From Roseibacillus sp. (GTDB lineage Bacteria; Verrucomicrobiota; Verrucomicrobiia; Verrucomicrobiales; Akkermansiaceae), in the NCBI GenBank assembly GCA_051251855.1, contig JBPOGI010000001.1:1184001-1248000 (forward strand): a stretch of DNA of 64,000 nucleotides, in the 5' to 3' direction. A program made the position numbers and the translations under genes. The notes beneath the pieces were generated by a model. The model did no database searches. It saw nothing but the letters and a program-made list of their open reading frames with translations, and had not been told where the DNA came from. Positions 9,601-18,815 of the stretch are shown in pieces; positions within the stretch are counted from its first letter, which is position 1; the number at the start of each line of letters is the position of its first letter.

Positions 9601-11654
9601 TCCTTCTTGGCTATGGCCGTGCCACTTGGTCGGCGGTGGGACAACTCATCGGAGACGGAGAAGTGCAACTCCTCATCGATGGAAACCTAGCCGCTACACT
9701 CGCGCTGCCCACCTCTAGCGAGTGGAGTGAGTGGCAAGTGACGACAGCCCTCTCGCTTCAACTGGATGCCGGGGTTCAGACTATCACTCTCAGAAACCCC
9801 TATTCTTCCGAAAGCACCAAAGGACAAGGAGTCGCCAACTTCGACTTTCTTGACCTCTCTTTCCAAGGCTCCCCCCCCGAACCGGAACCGGAACCGGAAC
9901 CGGAACCCGAGCCCGAACCAGGCACCCCCACTCTCGAAAACGGCTATGTGAGACTTGAGCTTGAAGAAGGCTCACCCAGCAATGGCGCACGCCTGAGCAA
10001 CGAGGACCCCGGTTACAGCGGCACAGGTTTCATCGCTGGCTGGGACGGTATCGGAAACAACGAGCAGACCCAGATTTCCGTCAACATTCCCGAATCTGGC
10101 GTCCACCAACTTGTTCTCTCCTACGGTCGCGCAACCTGGTCAGCGGTAGGCCAACTGATTGGTGAGGGTGAAGTCGAGCTGATAGTCGATGGCACCTATG
10201 CTCAAACTCTGGCCCTCCAAACATCGACCAACTGGGACGAGTGGCAACAGGTCGAGATATCGCTTAACTTGGAGGCAGGTTTCCGCTCCCTCACCCTGCG
10301 CAACCCTCATTCTTCAGAAGCCGACAAAGGAAGAGGAGTCGCTAACTTCGACTTCATTGACCTCACTTTCGGAGGAACAACTCCTCCAGAACCTGAGCCC
10401 GAACCCGAACCGGAACCAGAGCCAAGCGTTCTTCGTATCGAATTCGAAGATGGCACCCCAACCGATGGGGCTTTCGTCAGTTCCGATGACCCCGGCTATA
10501 GCGGCAGCGGCTTCATCGCCGGATGGGACGGTTATAATCGCAACGAAACAGTAACAGTCCCATTTTCCATCGTCACCTCGGGAGATTACGAAATCACTCT
10601 TCGCTATGGACGCGCCAATTATTCCGGAGTGGGACCACTCTCTGGCTTCGGACAAGTCGACATGGCCCTTGATGGGGTTTACCTCGACTCCGTTCTTCTC
10701 TCGACAAACGGTGATTGGAGCGTGTGGCAGGACTCACCCACAACCGCCGTTTACTTGGAGGCTGGCAACCACAGTATCACCTTGCGTAACCCCTTCTCGA
10801 GCGAAAGCGAAAAGGCCCTTGGAGTCGCCAACTTCGACTTTCTGGAACTCACATCTGTTGGCGGTCCCGTTACTCCTCCACCCGTTGGCAATGACATCCA
10901 GCGTCTTGAACTCGAGAACGGCACCCCTGCCAAGGGAGCCGAAGTCAGTAACGAAGGCCCTGGATTCAGCGGCACAGGCTATATCAGCAATTGGGATGGC
11001 ATCGACACCAACGAAGAAGTAGCCGTCCCATACGAAGCAGCCACCTCAGGGAACTATCAGTTCACCGTGCGCTACGCCCGTGGCCCGGACTCAGCAGTGG
11101 GCCCTCTCACTGGAACTGGTGAAGTCGAACTACAAATCGATGGTCGCTGGGTGCAAACATTCAAACTACAAACTCAGACGACTTGGGATGACTGGCAACT
11201 AACGGAGACTCTTACCGTCTACCTTGAAGCAGGTCTTCATAATTTGATTTTAAGAAATGCCTTCGGCAACGTAGCCGAAAAGCCTGAGGGAGTTGCCAAC
11301 TTTGACTACTTAGAAGTGGAGGCCCCTCGCGAAGAAATTGCGGCTTCTGCTATCGAGGGCGCTTTCGCGAACGCCTACCAAGATTTTTCATTGTCGTTCG
11401 ATGAACCAGATGAGGAAACCCCCTACTCATCCTCACTTTCGCGCGGCATTCTATCTGCTCGCATTCTCACCGAACCCGGAACCACCTATTACGTCGAATA
11501 CTCTCGTGATTGTAGTGTCTGGCAACGTGGACTCACATTCGTGGGAGAAGGCTCGATTCAATCATCAGAAATCGCGAACATACTTGTCGACTCGCCACAG
11601 GGGTTCATGCGCATCCGCTCGGTCCCGACTCCTTCTGATGAAGCTCCTCAATAA
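6609..11654 (+). CDS. Tandem paralog of 1667-6265 (1681 aa): PA14, beta-propeller, DUF1080, 4 CBM6/35-like modules, C-terminal domain
   Basis: First ~900 aa are colinear and highly similar to the upstream gene. Pro-Glu linkers and one extra CBM-like repeat. Confidence 0.85.
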   Translation: MKAIVIARCRKLLFACYLFLPVAQAQEVVWTSGVTAQVYDIQESMDRVYDLVPNQTPNVDQVRPVIDFSNGSFVDPTIGQDYTDFFLVEISAEVFAATSGTYTFELESDDGSILYFNEEVVCDNDGAHGPETVSGTRYLEAGWHEFNITAFNDVGDFKLQLRWIQPGQSNANIIPQSDLRTDDNVVRVIAPGRKFILNNGDLSPGTGLPVSDIHPGWELSTIRPDSFEPQVGAMALANENTLYLGTFEPNQQDDTGFDAKARVWRVDNVNGDPSNVTYTQVAGHDLNGTAFLNEVTGLEWFNGELFLAERTGIFRMIDDNGDGLFENKELVGDLWDWDNFHQFPFCLKHRSEEDGDYLYGALSVAIGLGGNSDSNRDDFRGSAFRLRIPARGQRNDVEYLAGGFRTPNGVGFGPEGGLFITDNQGGWNPSNSLVHAVPGRFYGHFNPTDVFPPPADYTPVVGRFENEPISPKTVHFPQNEVSNSPSDILELQEGPFAGQLLVGELTAGGIRRVFLEKVGGEFQGALFRHSQGFEAGVNRLRLSNDGSIYVGCMGSNGGWSYQDLVYGLQRMQPKADAPSVFEIKTVKALQTGIEVEFTNPVPTALLDNVDSYFVQQWRYVATENYGGPKVDLTELPISATAISADRKTVQLTLPGMQAGHVIYLRTGIRDDDGDNLWSGEAWYTMNQIPDSTPPIGNGDWVDLFNGENLDGWQAFKGGALPERWTVRDGVLTLDPDLPGEVTDIVTTQSFGDFEFEMEWKVEPDQNSGIFIRLSEQYNQIWEGGPEMQIVDDELNIDGQNDITRAGAIYNLYPFPAGSSNSSNSWNQVRIIADGTQTTYYLNGQLVASFDVESEDYWNRVQASNFNYIPDFGRLTSGPIGFQDYNNKVQYRNIRIRDLNGIINPEPEPEPEPEPEPEPEPEPEPEPEPEPEPEPGTPTLTDGFVRLELENGNPSNGAVVSNEDPGYSSTGFIAGWDGIGQNEELSIEVNIPEAGSHEFLLGYGRATWSAVGQLIGDGEVQLLIDGNLAATLALPTSSEWSEWQVTTALSLQLDAGVQTITLRNPYSSESTKGQGVANFDFLDLSFQGSPPEPEPEPEPEPEPEPGTPTLENGYVRLELEEGSPSNGARLSNEDPGYSGTGFIAGWDGIGNNEQTQISVNIPESGVHQLVLSYGRATWSAVGQLIGEGEVELIVDGTYAQTLALQTSTNWDEWQQVEISLNLEAGFRSLTLRNPHSSEADKGRGVANFDFIDLTFGGTTPPEPEPEPEPEPEPSVLRIEFEDGTPTDGAFVSSDDPGYSGSGFIAGWDGYNRNETVTVPFSIVTSGDYEITLRYGRANYSGVGPLSGFGQVDMALDGVYLDSVLLSTNGDWSVWQDSPTTAVYLEAGNHSITLRNPFSSESEKALGVANFDFLELTSVGGPVTPPPVGNDIQRLELENGTPAKGAEVSNEGPGFSGTGYISNWDGIDTNEEVAVPYEAATSGNYQFTVRYARGPDSAVGPLTGTGEVELQIDGRWVQTFKLQTQTTWDDWQLTETLTVYLEAGLHNLILRNAFGNVAEKPEGVANFDYLEVEAPREEIAASAIEGAFANAYQDFSLSFDEPDEETPYSSSLSRGILSARILTEPGTTYYVEYSRDCSVWQRGLTFVGEGSIQSSEIANILVDSPQGFMRIRSVPTPSDEAPQ
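9318..9410 (+). repeat. Pro-Glu linker with 5 perfect 12-bp units CCCGAACCTGAG (9318-9377)
   Basis: Read directly; encodes (PE)15P. Confidence 0.95.
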
Positions 11655-11671
11655 AGCAAACTTGATATAGG

Positions 11672-11689
11672 GCACCTCGCCCGAGGTGC
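11672..11689. terminator. Hairpin after the second paralog (GCACCTC-GCCC-GAGGTGC)
   Basis: Perfect 7-bp stem 17 nt after the stop, between convergent genes; no clear U-tract. Confidence 0.4.
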
Positions 11690-11766
11690 TAACAAGGAAC
11701 TCAATAGACAGGGGTTCGTCTCATCCTTCTGCAGAGCGACTCTGAAAAGTCGCTAAAAAAAGGGGG

Positions 11767-12123
11767 GCGGCCGCTCTCCTGTAAGCCGGATTCTGTTCCG
11801 TTGGCCCTGCGCCAACTTCGATGACCATTTCTCTGTGCGACTAGTACCCGGGGATCAACGGACGGGTCGCCCTTTCCCCTGTTCTGTCTTGCACCACGTG
11901 GGGTTTGCCCTGCCACCTCAGTTGCCCTTGGCGCGGTGGGCTCTTACCCCACCATTTCACCCTTACTCTGGCGAACCAAAGCGGTATATTTTCTGCGGCA
12001 CTTTCCGTCCAATCTCGCTTGCACGACACTGTCCCCCGTTTTCACGAGGCACGCTACCCTATGGAGTCCGGACTTTCCTCACTGAAGCAGAAGCCTCACT
12101 GCGGTCATCCGGAGAGCGGACGC
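11767..12123 (-). ncRNA. rnpB: RNase P RNA (bacterial class A)
   Basis: Minus strand carries GAGGAAAGTCCGGACTCC, AGTGCCGCAGAAAATATACCGC, GGTGAAATGGTGGGGTAAGAGCCCACC and ACAGAATCCGGCTTACAG. Ends pair as P1 (CCGCTCTCC/GGAGAGCGG) and are followed by a U-run. Confidence 0.97.
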
Positions 12124-12134
12124 GCAGTAAGCCC

Positions 12135-12635
12135 CTAAATCCAGAAAAGATCGACTACTAAATAGCCAGCCATCGCGAGGGCCAGTCCGAGCTTGATGGA
12201 GAGCCCCATCAAGGTGCCAACCGCAGATCCGACGCCGGAACGGGTAGCTTCGGGGACTTCCTTTTTTGCAAAGAGATACTCGAAGGCAAAGGCGCCCGCG
12301 AGTGGGCCTAAGATGAAACCCCAAGGAGCAAAGAAGAGCCCTACGATCCCTCCTAAGATTGCCCCTCCTACGCCCCACTTGCTTCCGCCAAAATACTTAC
12401 TTCCGACGGCGCCGCTGATATAGTCCAAGGCCATGGAGATGGCGAGGAGCACACTCAAGATAGCGAAGGTCCACCAGCCGAGGTGCGAATCATCTCTCTT
12501 GACCCACCAGTGTGCTCCTGCTGCTACGATGATGAGCACTTGACCAGGAAGAATAGGCAAGAAGGTTCCGATGAGCCCAATAGCGATCAGGAGCCACGTG
12601 ACGATCCAGATACCGTTGTCCTGCAGCCAGCTCAT
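12135..12635 (-). CDS. DUF456 (YqgC-like) membrane protein
   Basis: GLIGTFLPILPG, GSKYFGGSKWG.GGAILGGIVG, GPLAGAF.FE motifs; several TM helices. Confidence 0.85.
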   Translation of the reverse strand: MSWLQDNGIWIVTWLLIAIGLIGTFLPILPGQVLIIVAAGAHWWVKRDDSHLGWWTFAILSVLLAISMALDYISGAVGSKYFGGSKWGVGGAILGGIVGLFFAPWGFILGPLAGAFAFEYLFAKKEVPEATRSGVGSAVGTLMGLSIKLGLALAMAGYLVVDLFWI

Positions 12636-13288
12636 GAGTCCTTGCTACTGTCTTTGTCAGCCTGTTCTTCCTCGAGATTTTCCAGCTTTTTCTTGAGCTC
12701 ACGTTCGCGGTCGTTGAGCCCAGTGATCACTTCACGCAGACTCGCGCTCTCGCTCTTTTCCTTGTTGATTTGAGACGTCAATTGGCGTTCTTTTTTGGAC
12801 CATTCTTCACCGCCAACCTCGTTCTTTGCTTGTTCCTCTTGAGCCTTTTTGACCTTTGCCACCACTTCGTCGTGTTCACGATTTAGATTTTTCAGATCGT
12901 CCTTCAACTCCGTTAGTAGGGTTTCCGTTTTTTCTGCATTGGACTTAATCTCTGCTGCTTCGGCTTCCACTTCGGATGCCCGTTTTTCAACCTTCTCCAT
13001 TTTTTCCAGCTCTGCGCGAGAAGCCTTGAGATCAGCGCTCAAAGTCTCGCGGTCTTTCTGAAAGCTTTCTTCATTCTCGAGATTGTTTTCGCGCAGACGA
13101 GCAGCATCGTCGGCCAAAAGTCCAACTTCTCGCTCGCTTTCGGCGAGACTGCCTTTGACTTTGGCTAACTGCCCCTTGAACTGACCCCACATCCAGTGGC
13201 CCATAAGAAGGCCAAAGAGAAAGGCAAGGGTGGCAAGGAGGATATTCCAGAGTGCCAAGGAGACGAAAAAATGGGTGAATGCGTCCAT
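12632..13288 (-). CDS. Membrane-anchored coiled-coil protein
   Basis: N-terminal TM followed by E/K-rich heptads; 4-bp overlap with DUF456. Confidence 0.75.
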   Translation of the reverse strand: MDAFTHFFVSLALWNILLATLAFLFGLLMGHWMWGQFKGQLAKVKGSLAESEREVGLLADDAARLRENNLENEESFQKDRETLSADLKASRAELEKMEKVEKRASEVEAEAAEIKSNAEKTETLLTELKDDLKNLNREHDEVVAKVKKAQEEQAKNEVGGEEWSKKERQLTSQINKEKSESASLREVITGLNDRERELKKKLENLEEEQADKDSSKDS

Positions 13289-13292
13289 AAAA

Positions 13293-14273
13293 CTAACGAA
13301 CTAGTAGCTCAACTTGCCCTCCCAACCCGCCTCTATCCTCCGTCATCTCGAAAGGAACAGCTTCTAGCCGAACGGCAGGGACTCCGTTCTCGGTGAGGAA
13401 GACTTTGACCTTCTCGGCTCTTTGTTGGCCCAGCCCGTCTCCAAACTGGTCAGGATGTCCGCCGAGCACGAAGGTGACTTCGGGGGGCGATTGGAGAATT
13501 TGAGCCAAAAGCCGATGAGCCGTGGCCCGGCCTTCTGGAGTGAAATTCGAGCTCTGGGACTCAAATACCAAAGTACTATCGGCGAGCTTTTGAGAAAGGG
13601 AGCGCAGAGGCTCTCCCTCGATGGGAGAAGTGAGGACTCGGGAATCGAAGTGAAAGGGTGAGGGCCAAGCTTTCATTTCGCTTTCAAAGTTGATCGTTGT
13701 CCCCAGAGCCATACTTTTCTTGCGAAGAGAAGACAACTGGCTGGGAGTGACTTCACCGGACACGAGAAGTCGATTGCCAGAAAGGTTAAGAGAGCGGTCT
13801 CCTTCGGGGCGAAGAAAGTCGTCAATAAACAAGCCCCAAGCGACCGCGCTTTTTCCGGCCAATTGAATGGAATCACGCCAGTCGAGGTGATTGGTATCTG
13901 CCGTAGACTGCCCCTTCAAGAGCTCGCTCTTCCAGTGACTGGGAACGACCCCTTTCACCAAAAGCGCGCCTCCAACCCTTTCCACAGTCATCCAGCCTTG
14001 GACGATAAGCTCATTTTTAACGGAGCTGACGCCCCGAATCCGACCCACTTCCGCGACCACAGCCTCTGCTTCAGCTTCGCTTGTCACCGAGCCTGCAATG
14101 GTGGCCTCCAAATAGGATATCGAGACAATTGGCTCGATGACGTTCCTCTCCTTCAAGACCTCACTGACTTTTTGAGCTGTCTTGGGATTACTTTGGGCCA
14201 GAATGGTCTGCGCTTGAAACTTCATCATGATCGGCACCAGCATGGCCGTCGCGAGAATGATGAGAATTTTCAT
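13293..14273 (-). CDS. BON-like plus OmpA C-terminal-like domain protein
   Basis: N-terminal anchor; BON-like ATIAGSV...GVSSVKNEL; OmpA-like GGHPD...LGQQRAEKVKVFL.ENGVP..RL. Confidence 0.7.
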   Translation of the reverse strand: MKILIILATAMLVPIMMKFQAQTILAQSNPKTAQKVSEVLKERNVIEPIVSISYLEATIAGSVTSEAEAEAVVAEVGRIRGVSSVKNELIVQGWMTVERVGGALLVKGVVPSHWKSELLKGQSTADTNHLDWRDSIQLAGKSAVAWGLFIDDFLRPEGDRSLNLSGNRLLVSGEVTPSQLSSLRKKSMALGTTINFESEMKAWPSPFHFDSRVLTSPIEGEPLRSLSQKLADSTLVFESQSSNFTPEGRATAHRLLAQILQSPPEVTFVLGGHPDQFGDGLGQQRAEKVKVFLTENGVPAVRLEAVPFEMTEDRGGLGGQVELLVR

Positions 14274-14478
14274 GAGCAAAAGGCTGACAAGGCAGACTCC
14301 TTCCGCAAACTGCTAATTCTGTCCTGACCGATTGTGTTCACTTTGAGAAATCGAGCTGCATTTTCCTTAGGAAGTGCGAGAATACCTGTGAAGGAGGCTG
14401 TCTGGACGAAAATTGCTTACCCAATTTTCCCGCTGGCGCACGCTCGGCTTCTTTGAGAACCTTTCCTGAATCGAAATC

Positions 14479-17154
14479 ATGGCAGAATCTACCGGTAACG
14501 ATACCTCAGCACCTGAGATCCCAGCTGAATTGCAGAAGCAACTGCAAGACTTCCGGAAACACCTCTGGCGCACCAAGTTGGTTGAGGCAGTTCTCGCCGG
14601 TTTCTTTGGCCTCCTGTTCTCGTTCCTGCTCGTCTTTCTCCTCGATCGCTTGATGCCAACTCCAGGGTGGTTGCGATTGATGATCCTCGTGGCGGGAACC
14701 TCGCTTTTCACCTTTTTTGCCCCCTATTGGATTCATCGTTGGATTCTTAAGAATCGCCGGGAAAACCAACTTGCACGGATGATTTCGCGGAAATTTCCTC
14801 GCTTAGGCGACCGCCTGCTTGGTGTTTTGGAGCTTTCGGGCCAGACAGAGTCAAAGACAACTCTCTCCCCTGCTCTGCGCGCGGCGGCGACTCGTGATGT
14901 CGCAGCGGCGGCGGCTAAGCGTGACTTCACGGATGCCTTGCCCTCCAATCGCAATCGACTAGGTCTTACAGTAGTTGCTTCATTGGTGATTTTAGCGGTA
15001 GGAGCTTTCGTTTTTCTTCCCAAGGCGGGGCTCAATGCATTGCAGCGTTGGTTGATGCCTCTCTCGGATACCCCGCGCTATACTCTCACCAAATTTGATA
15101 AGAACCTCCCTGGGCAAATCGTGGTCCCATTAGGGGAACCTTTCGAGGTCGAGGTCGCGTTAGCGAAAGACTCTGAGAAGCGCCCGGGGACCGCTCGCGC
15201 GCGTTTTGGTGCTCAATCTTGGATGGAGACGAAGCGCAGCGACAATCGGTATCAGTTCCAATTTGCGGGGCAACAACAAGAGGGACGGATTTCCCTCGCA
15301 GCCGGAGATGCTCGGGCGCGGATGCGCGTAGTGCCAACTCTTCCGCCTACTTTAGAGTCAGTAGACGCGACAATTGAGTTGCCGGCCTACCTTCAATTAC
15401 CTGAGCGGCAGCTTGATGTTCGGTCAGGGACTCTCAGCATTCTCTCGGGTTCTCACGTGAGCCTGCATGCCAACGCATCGCGAACGCTGGAATCTGGAAA
15501 AGTGGAGGTAAAGGATATTCCCCTCTTTGATCTGGCTCCAGCGGAGGAAGAGAGCGTCGCGCCACCCGAGCCTATTACCCAAAGATTGGTGGCGACTGCT
15601 CAAGGGCGCCGCGCAAGTTATCCCGCGCTTGAGGTCAAGGATGCGACAAGAGAAGTGAGACTCTCATGGAAAGATGATCTTGGCCTGGAAGGGACGGAGA
15701 CCTTCCGCCTGCGCTTGGAGCCACGCCCTGATGAGGCACCCTCAGTCTACATTCAAGATGCCCAGCGCCAGATCGCAATCCTCCCCGAAGAGACGGTAGA
15801 ATTTGAAGTAGCGGCTCAGGACGACTTTGGCCTCAAGAGCTTTGGACTCGAGTGGCAAGGCGAGTTTACGAAACCCAGCCCTGATAGCCCTGCCCAAGGC
15901 GAACTCGAACTTGCTCCTGGTGGCCCCTCGGAAAGCCAGCTCATGTCCCCTGCCTCCTTCTCTCCGGTGGTCTTTGATATCAAACCCCAGAAGCTGACCT
16001 TGCGCGCCTTTTGTGAGGACTACCTCCCCAACAGAGAGCGCGCGTATTCTCAGGCGATTGAGGTCTTCATCCTTACTCGTGACGAGCATGCTCAGATGCT
16101 TAAGGATCGTTTCGACCGAGTGATTGGAGAGCTAGAGGATGCCGCGCGAGAGGAACAGAACAATTTGGACGAGAATAAGCGCCTCGAGCGCTTGGAAGAC
16201 GAGGAGTTGAGAGCTTCCGAAAATGAAGAACGACTGGAGAAGCAACGGGCAGCCGAGCAAGAGAACGTTGAGAAAATGGAGAAGCTCAGCGAGGAAATGG
16301 AGAAGCTTTTCCAAGATGCCCTGCGCAATGGCGAAATCGAGGAAGAAACGATGAAGAAGCTTTCGGAAACCGAAAGTAAGCTACAAGAACTCGCTGACGA
16401 AGACCTCCCAGAAGTGGAGGAACAGTTGCAGAAAGCACAAGACCAGCGGTCGACTCCTGAGCAATCGAAGAAGGACCTTAAGGAAGCAACCAAGAAACAG
16501 GAAGACGCGCTCGAGAAGATGAAAGAAACGCTCGAACGAGCCAACAAAGCGAATGAGGATTTCGAAGCCGCCACCTTCGTTAATCGACTCAAGAAGGCTG
16601 CTACTGAGCACGATGGTATTGCAGGGGCCCTCACCGGTTCGATGGAAAAGTTGATTGGATTACGGAGCAACGAGGTCGACCCCGTCGAAGAACGCTTATT
16701 GGGCGAACTTACTTTACAGCAAAAACGGACAGCCTCCGATGTGCGCTGGATTCGGGAAGACTTGGGTCACTTCTACTCCCGCACCGAGAAGGAGATCCAC
16801 AAAGAGCTGCTGGATAAAATGAATGAGTCCAAAATTGAGGAAGGGCTCGAGATCAACCGCGACCGCTTGGCGCGTAATCTCACCTTCCGCAGCATTGTCT
16901 TTTCCAAGCAATGGGCCAATCAGCTGCGCGAATGGGCTAAAGAACTAGAGGGCTCCAATGAGGATCAAGGCGGCGGTGGTGGTGGTGGTGGCGGAGGGGG
17001 TGGTGGCTCTCCCGAGGATGAAGATTTCGAGTTTATGTTAAAGGTGATGCGGATGATTCAATCTGAGCAAGATATTCGCGCTCGCACCCGTGCAATCGAG
17101 CAGCTTCGCCGATCCACCCTTCCCCGCTCACGACAACGCCCCCGCCTCCCCTAA
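14479..17154 (+). CDS. Large membrane protein with Ig-like region and long coiled coil (DUF4175-like)
   Basis: Three N-terminal TMs, FPRLGDRLLGVLEL, D.AP.V / AQDDFGL motifs, E/K/Q-rich helical tail, poly-Gly tract. Confidence 0.7.
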   Translation: MAESTGNDTSAPEIPAELQKQLQDFRKHLWRTKLVEAVLAGFFGLLFSFLLVFLLDRLMPTPGWLRLMILVAGTSLFTFFAPYWIHRWILKNRRENQLARMISRKFPRLGDRLLGVLELSGQTESKTTLSPALRAAATRDVAAAAAKRDFTDALPSNRNRLGLTVVASLVILAVGAFVFLPKAGLNALQRWLMPLSDTPRYTLTKFDKNLPGQIVVPLGEPFEVEVALAKDSEKRPGTARARFGAQSWMETKRSDNRYQFQFAGQQQEGRISLAAGDARARMRVVPTLPPTLESVDATIELPAYLQLPERQLDVRSGTLSILSGSHVSLHANASRTLESGKVEVKDIPLFDLAPAEEESVAPPEPITQRLVATAQGRRASYPALEVKDATREVRLSWKDDLGLEGTETFRLRLEPRPDEAPSVYIQDAQRQIAILPEETVEFEVAAQDDFGLKSFGLEWQGEFTKPSPDSPAQGELELAPGGPSESQLMSPASFSPVVFDIKPQKLTLRAFCEDYLPNRERAYSQAIEVFILTRDEHAQMLKDRFDRVIGELEDAAREEQNNLDENKRLERLEDEELRASENEERLEKQRAAEQENVEKMEKLSEEMEKLFQDALRNGEIEEETMKKLSETESKLQELADEDLPEVEEQLQKAQDQRSTPEQSKKDLKEATKKQEDALEKMKETLERANKANEDFEAATFVNRLKKAATEHDGIAGALTGSMEKLIGLRSNEVDPVEERLLGELTLQQKRTASDVRWIREDLGHFYSRTEKEIHKELLDKMNESKIEEGLEINRDRLARNLTFRSIVFSKQWANQLREWAKELEGSNEDQGGGGGGGGGGGGGSPEDEDFEFMLKVMRMIQSEQDIRARTRAIEQLRRSTLPRSRQRPRLP

Positions 17155-17157
17155 CAG

Positions 17158-17832
17158 ATGAAATTGTTTTCTTACCACCTCTTAATTACTTCTATTCTCG
17201 TCACTCCGGCACTGGCTCAGGTGAAAGACACCGAGGTCTCCAAGCTGTCATCAAAAGACGCCGCAACCCAAATCCTCGAAAGTTCTGAGGCCTTGGCGGA
17301 GGCGCAGGACGAACTGTCTGCTGATGTCATGGAACTGGTGGAAAGCCAAACCGTGCCCGACGTGATCAAGCTCTTGGAAGAAGTCGAACAAATCATGGCC
17401 GAAGTGACCGACGACCTTATTGAAGGTGAAACGGGAGGCCCCACGATGGCTGCACAAACTGAAATCATCGAAAAAATTCTCGCGGCCGCAAAAAAGAAAC
17501 AGCAATCCTCAGAGGAAGAATCCGAACAATCCGAAGAATCAAAGGAAAGCATGGGAGCGATGCTCGACATGATGGAACGAATGATGGGAAAGGAGCCGGG
17601 CGAGCAAAAAGGTCCTCCCCAAGAAGGCGGCGAAGAGCCCAGCGACCAAGGTGACGGCGGCGGGGTCACGGGAGACTCCGACACCCAGAACGGGCAGGTC
17701 CAAGGCAAGATGGACGAAGACTCTAACGAACGGGTGATTCCAAAAGGAAGTGCTCCCGCCGGACGCAGCCTCCCCAACGAATTTCGCAAGCTGCTAGACG
17801 CCTACAACACCAACCCCTCGACTAGCCAATGA
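17158..17832 (+). CDS. Exported helical acidic hypothetical protein
   Basis: Signal peptide ending ALA-Q; C-terminal LPNEFRKLLDAY. Confidence 0.75.
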   Translation: MKLFSYHLLITSILVTPALAQVKDTEVSKLSSKDAATQILESSEALAEAQDELSADVMELVESQTVPDVIKLLEEVEQIMAEVTDDLIEGETGGPTMAAQTEIIEKILAAAKKKQQSSEEESEQSEESKESMGAMLDMMERMMGKEPGEQKGPPQEGGEEPSDQGDGGGVTGDSDTQNGQVQGKMDEDSNERVIPKGSAPAGRSLPNEFRKLLDAYNTNPSTSQ

Positions 17833-18812
17833 AATTTCTCCTCTCCGCTATCGTAATTCTTTCCCTTGGCTCTGCCTTGGGACAAAGCCTACCTCGACGC
17901 GAGGCCAACCCTATCTCCCCGCAAGTGGAGGCCATGTATACGAAAGGGCTCCGTTTTCTGGCCAAGGAGCAACTAGACACCGGAGCTTGGAATGGACGCT
18001 ATAGCGCTGAACCAGGTGTGGTCGGCCTTTGCGTTCTCGCCTTTCTTGCCCATGGTGAGGATCCCAACCACGGTCCCTATTCTGACAACATTTCAAAAGC
18101 CTTAAGTTACATTTTGGAGAAGCAAAACTCGGCCAATGGCTACATTGGGAACAGTATGTATAACCATGGCTTTGCCACGCTAGCTCTCGCCGAGTCTTAT
18201 GGAGTGGTGAACGACCCTCGTCTCGCCCCGGCACTGTCACAGGCTGTGGAGTTAATTCTCTCGGCTCAAAAGCGAAACCGACTGGATGCTTGGCGCTACA
18301 CTCCCGACAGCCATGATGCCGACAGCACTGTTGCCGGTTGCCAGATTGTGGCCTTGTTAGCTGCTCGCAACGCTGGAATCGCCATCCCTGATGAAGCCAT
18401 TGAGAAGGGACTAGCCTACTTGAAGCGGTGCCGTTCGGCTCGCGGCGGAATAGGTTATACCTCACCGTCGGGAGAGAAGCCTACTCTCACCGCGATCGGC
18501 GTCACTTGCTTTGCGCTTGCCAAGCAAAAGGAAGGCAAGGGATTCGCAGCCAGCGTCCAGTATCTACGGGAGAACCTAACTTACCGCGACCGCTACTACC
18601 CCTACTACTTTGAGTATTATATGTCTCAAGCCCTCTTCCATGCAGACCAAGAACTATGGGAGAGCTGGAACGCCAAAAATATTCGCTACCTCTCAGCTTC
18701 TCAAAGCAGGGATGGCTCATGGCCTGACAACAAAGGCGCCCACTTTGCTACCTCGGGGGCTCTTCTTTCGCTCGCTCTGAACTATCGCTTCCTTCCCATC
18801 TACGAAAAATAA
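17829..18812 (+). CDS. Exported prenyltransferase/squalene-cyclase repeat (alpha/alpha barrel) protein
   Basis: QW-like repeats (LAKEQLDTGAW, LSASQSRDGSW), MYNHGFATLALAE; ATGA overlap with the previous gene. Confidence 0.85.
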   Translation: MKFLLSAIVILSLGSALGQSLPRREANPISPQVEAMYTKGLRFLAKEQLDTGAWNGRYSAEPGVVGLCVLAFLAHGEDPNHGPYSDNISKALSYILEKQNSANGYIGNSMYNHGFATLALAESYGVVNDPRLAPALSQAVELILSAQKRNRLDAWRYTPDSHDADSTVAGCQIVALLAARNAGIAIPDEAIEKGLAYLKRCRSARGGIGYTSPSGEKPTLTAIGVTCFALAKQKEGKGFAASVQYLRENLTYRDRYYPYYFEYYMSQALFHADQELWESWNAKNIRYLSASQSRDGSWPDNKGAHFATSGALLSLALNYRFLPIYEK

Positions 18813-18815
18813 TTC

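Noticed and set aside
1667..11654. Assembly artefact duplicating one gene
   Set aside because: The copies differ at many synonymous sites and in linkers, module number and leaders.
11701..12161. ORFs overlapping rnpB
   Set aside because: The region is explained by RNase P RNA.
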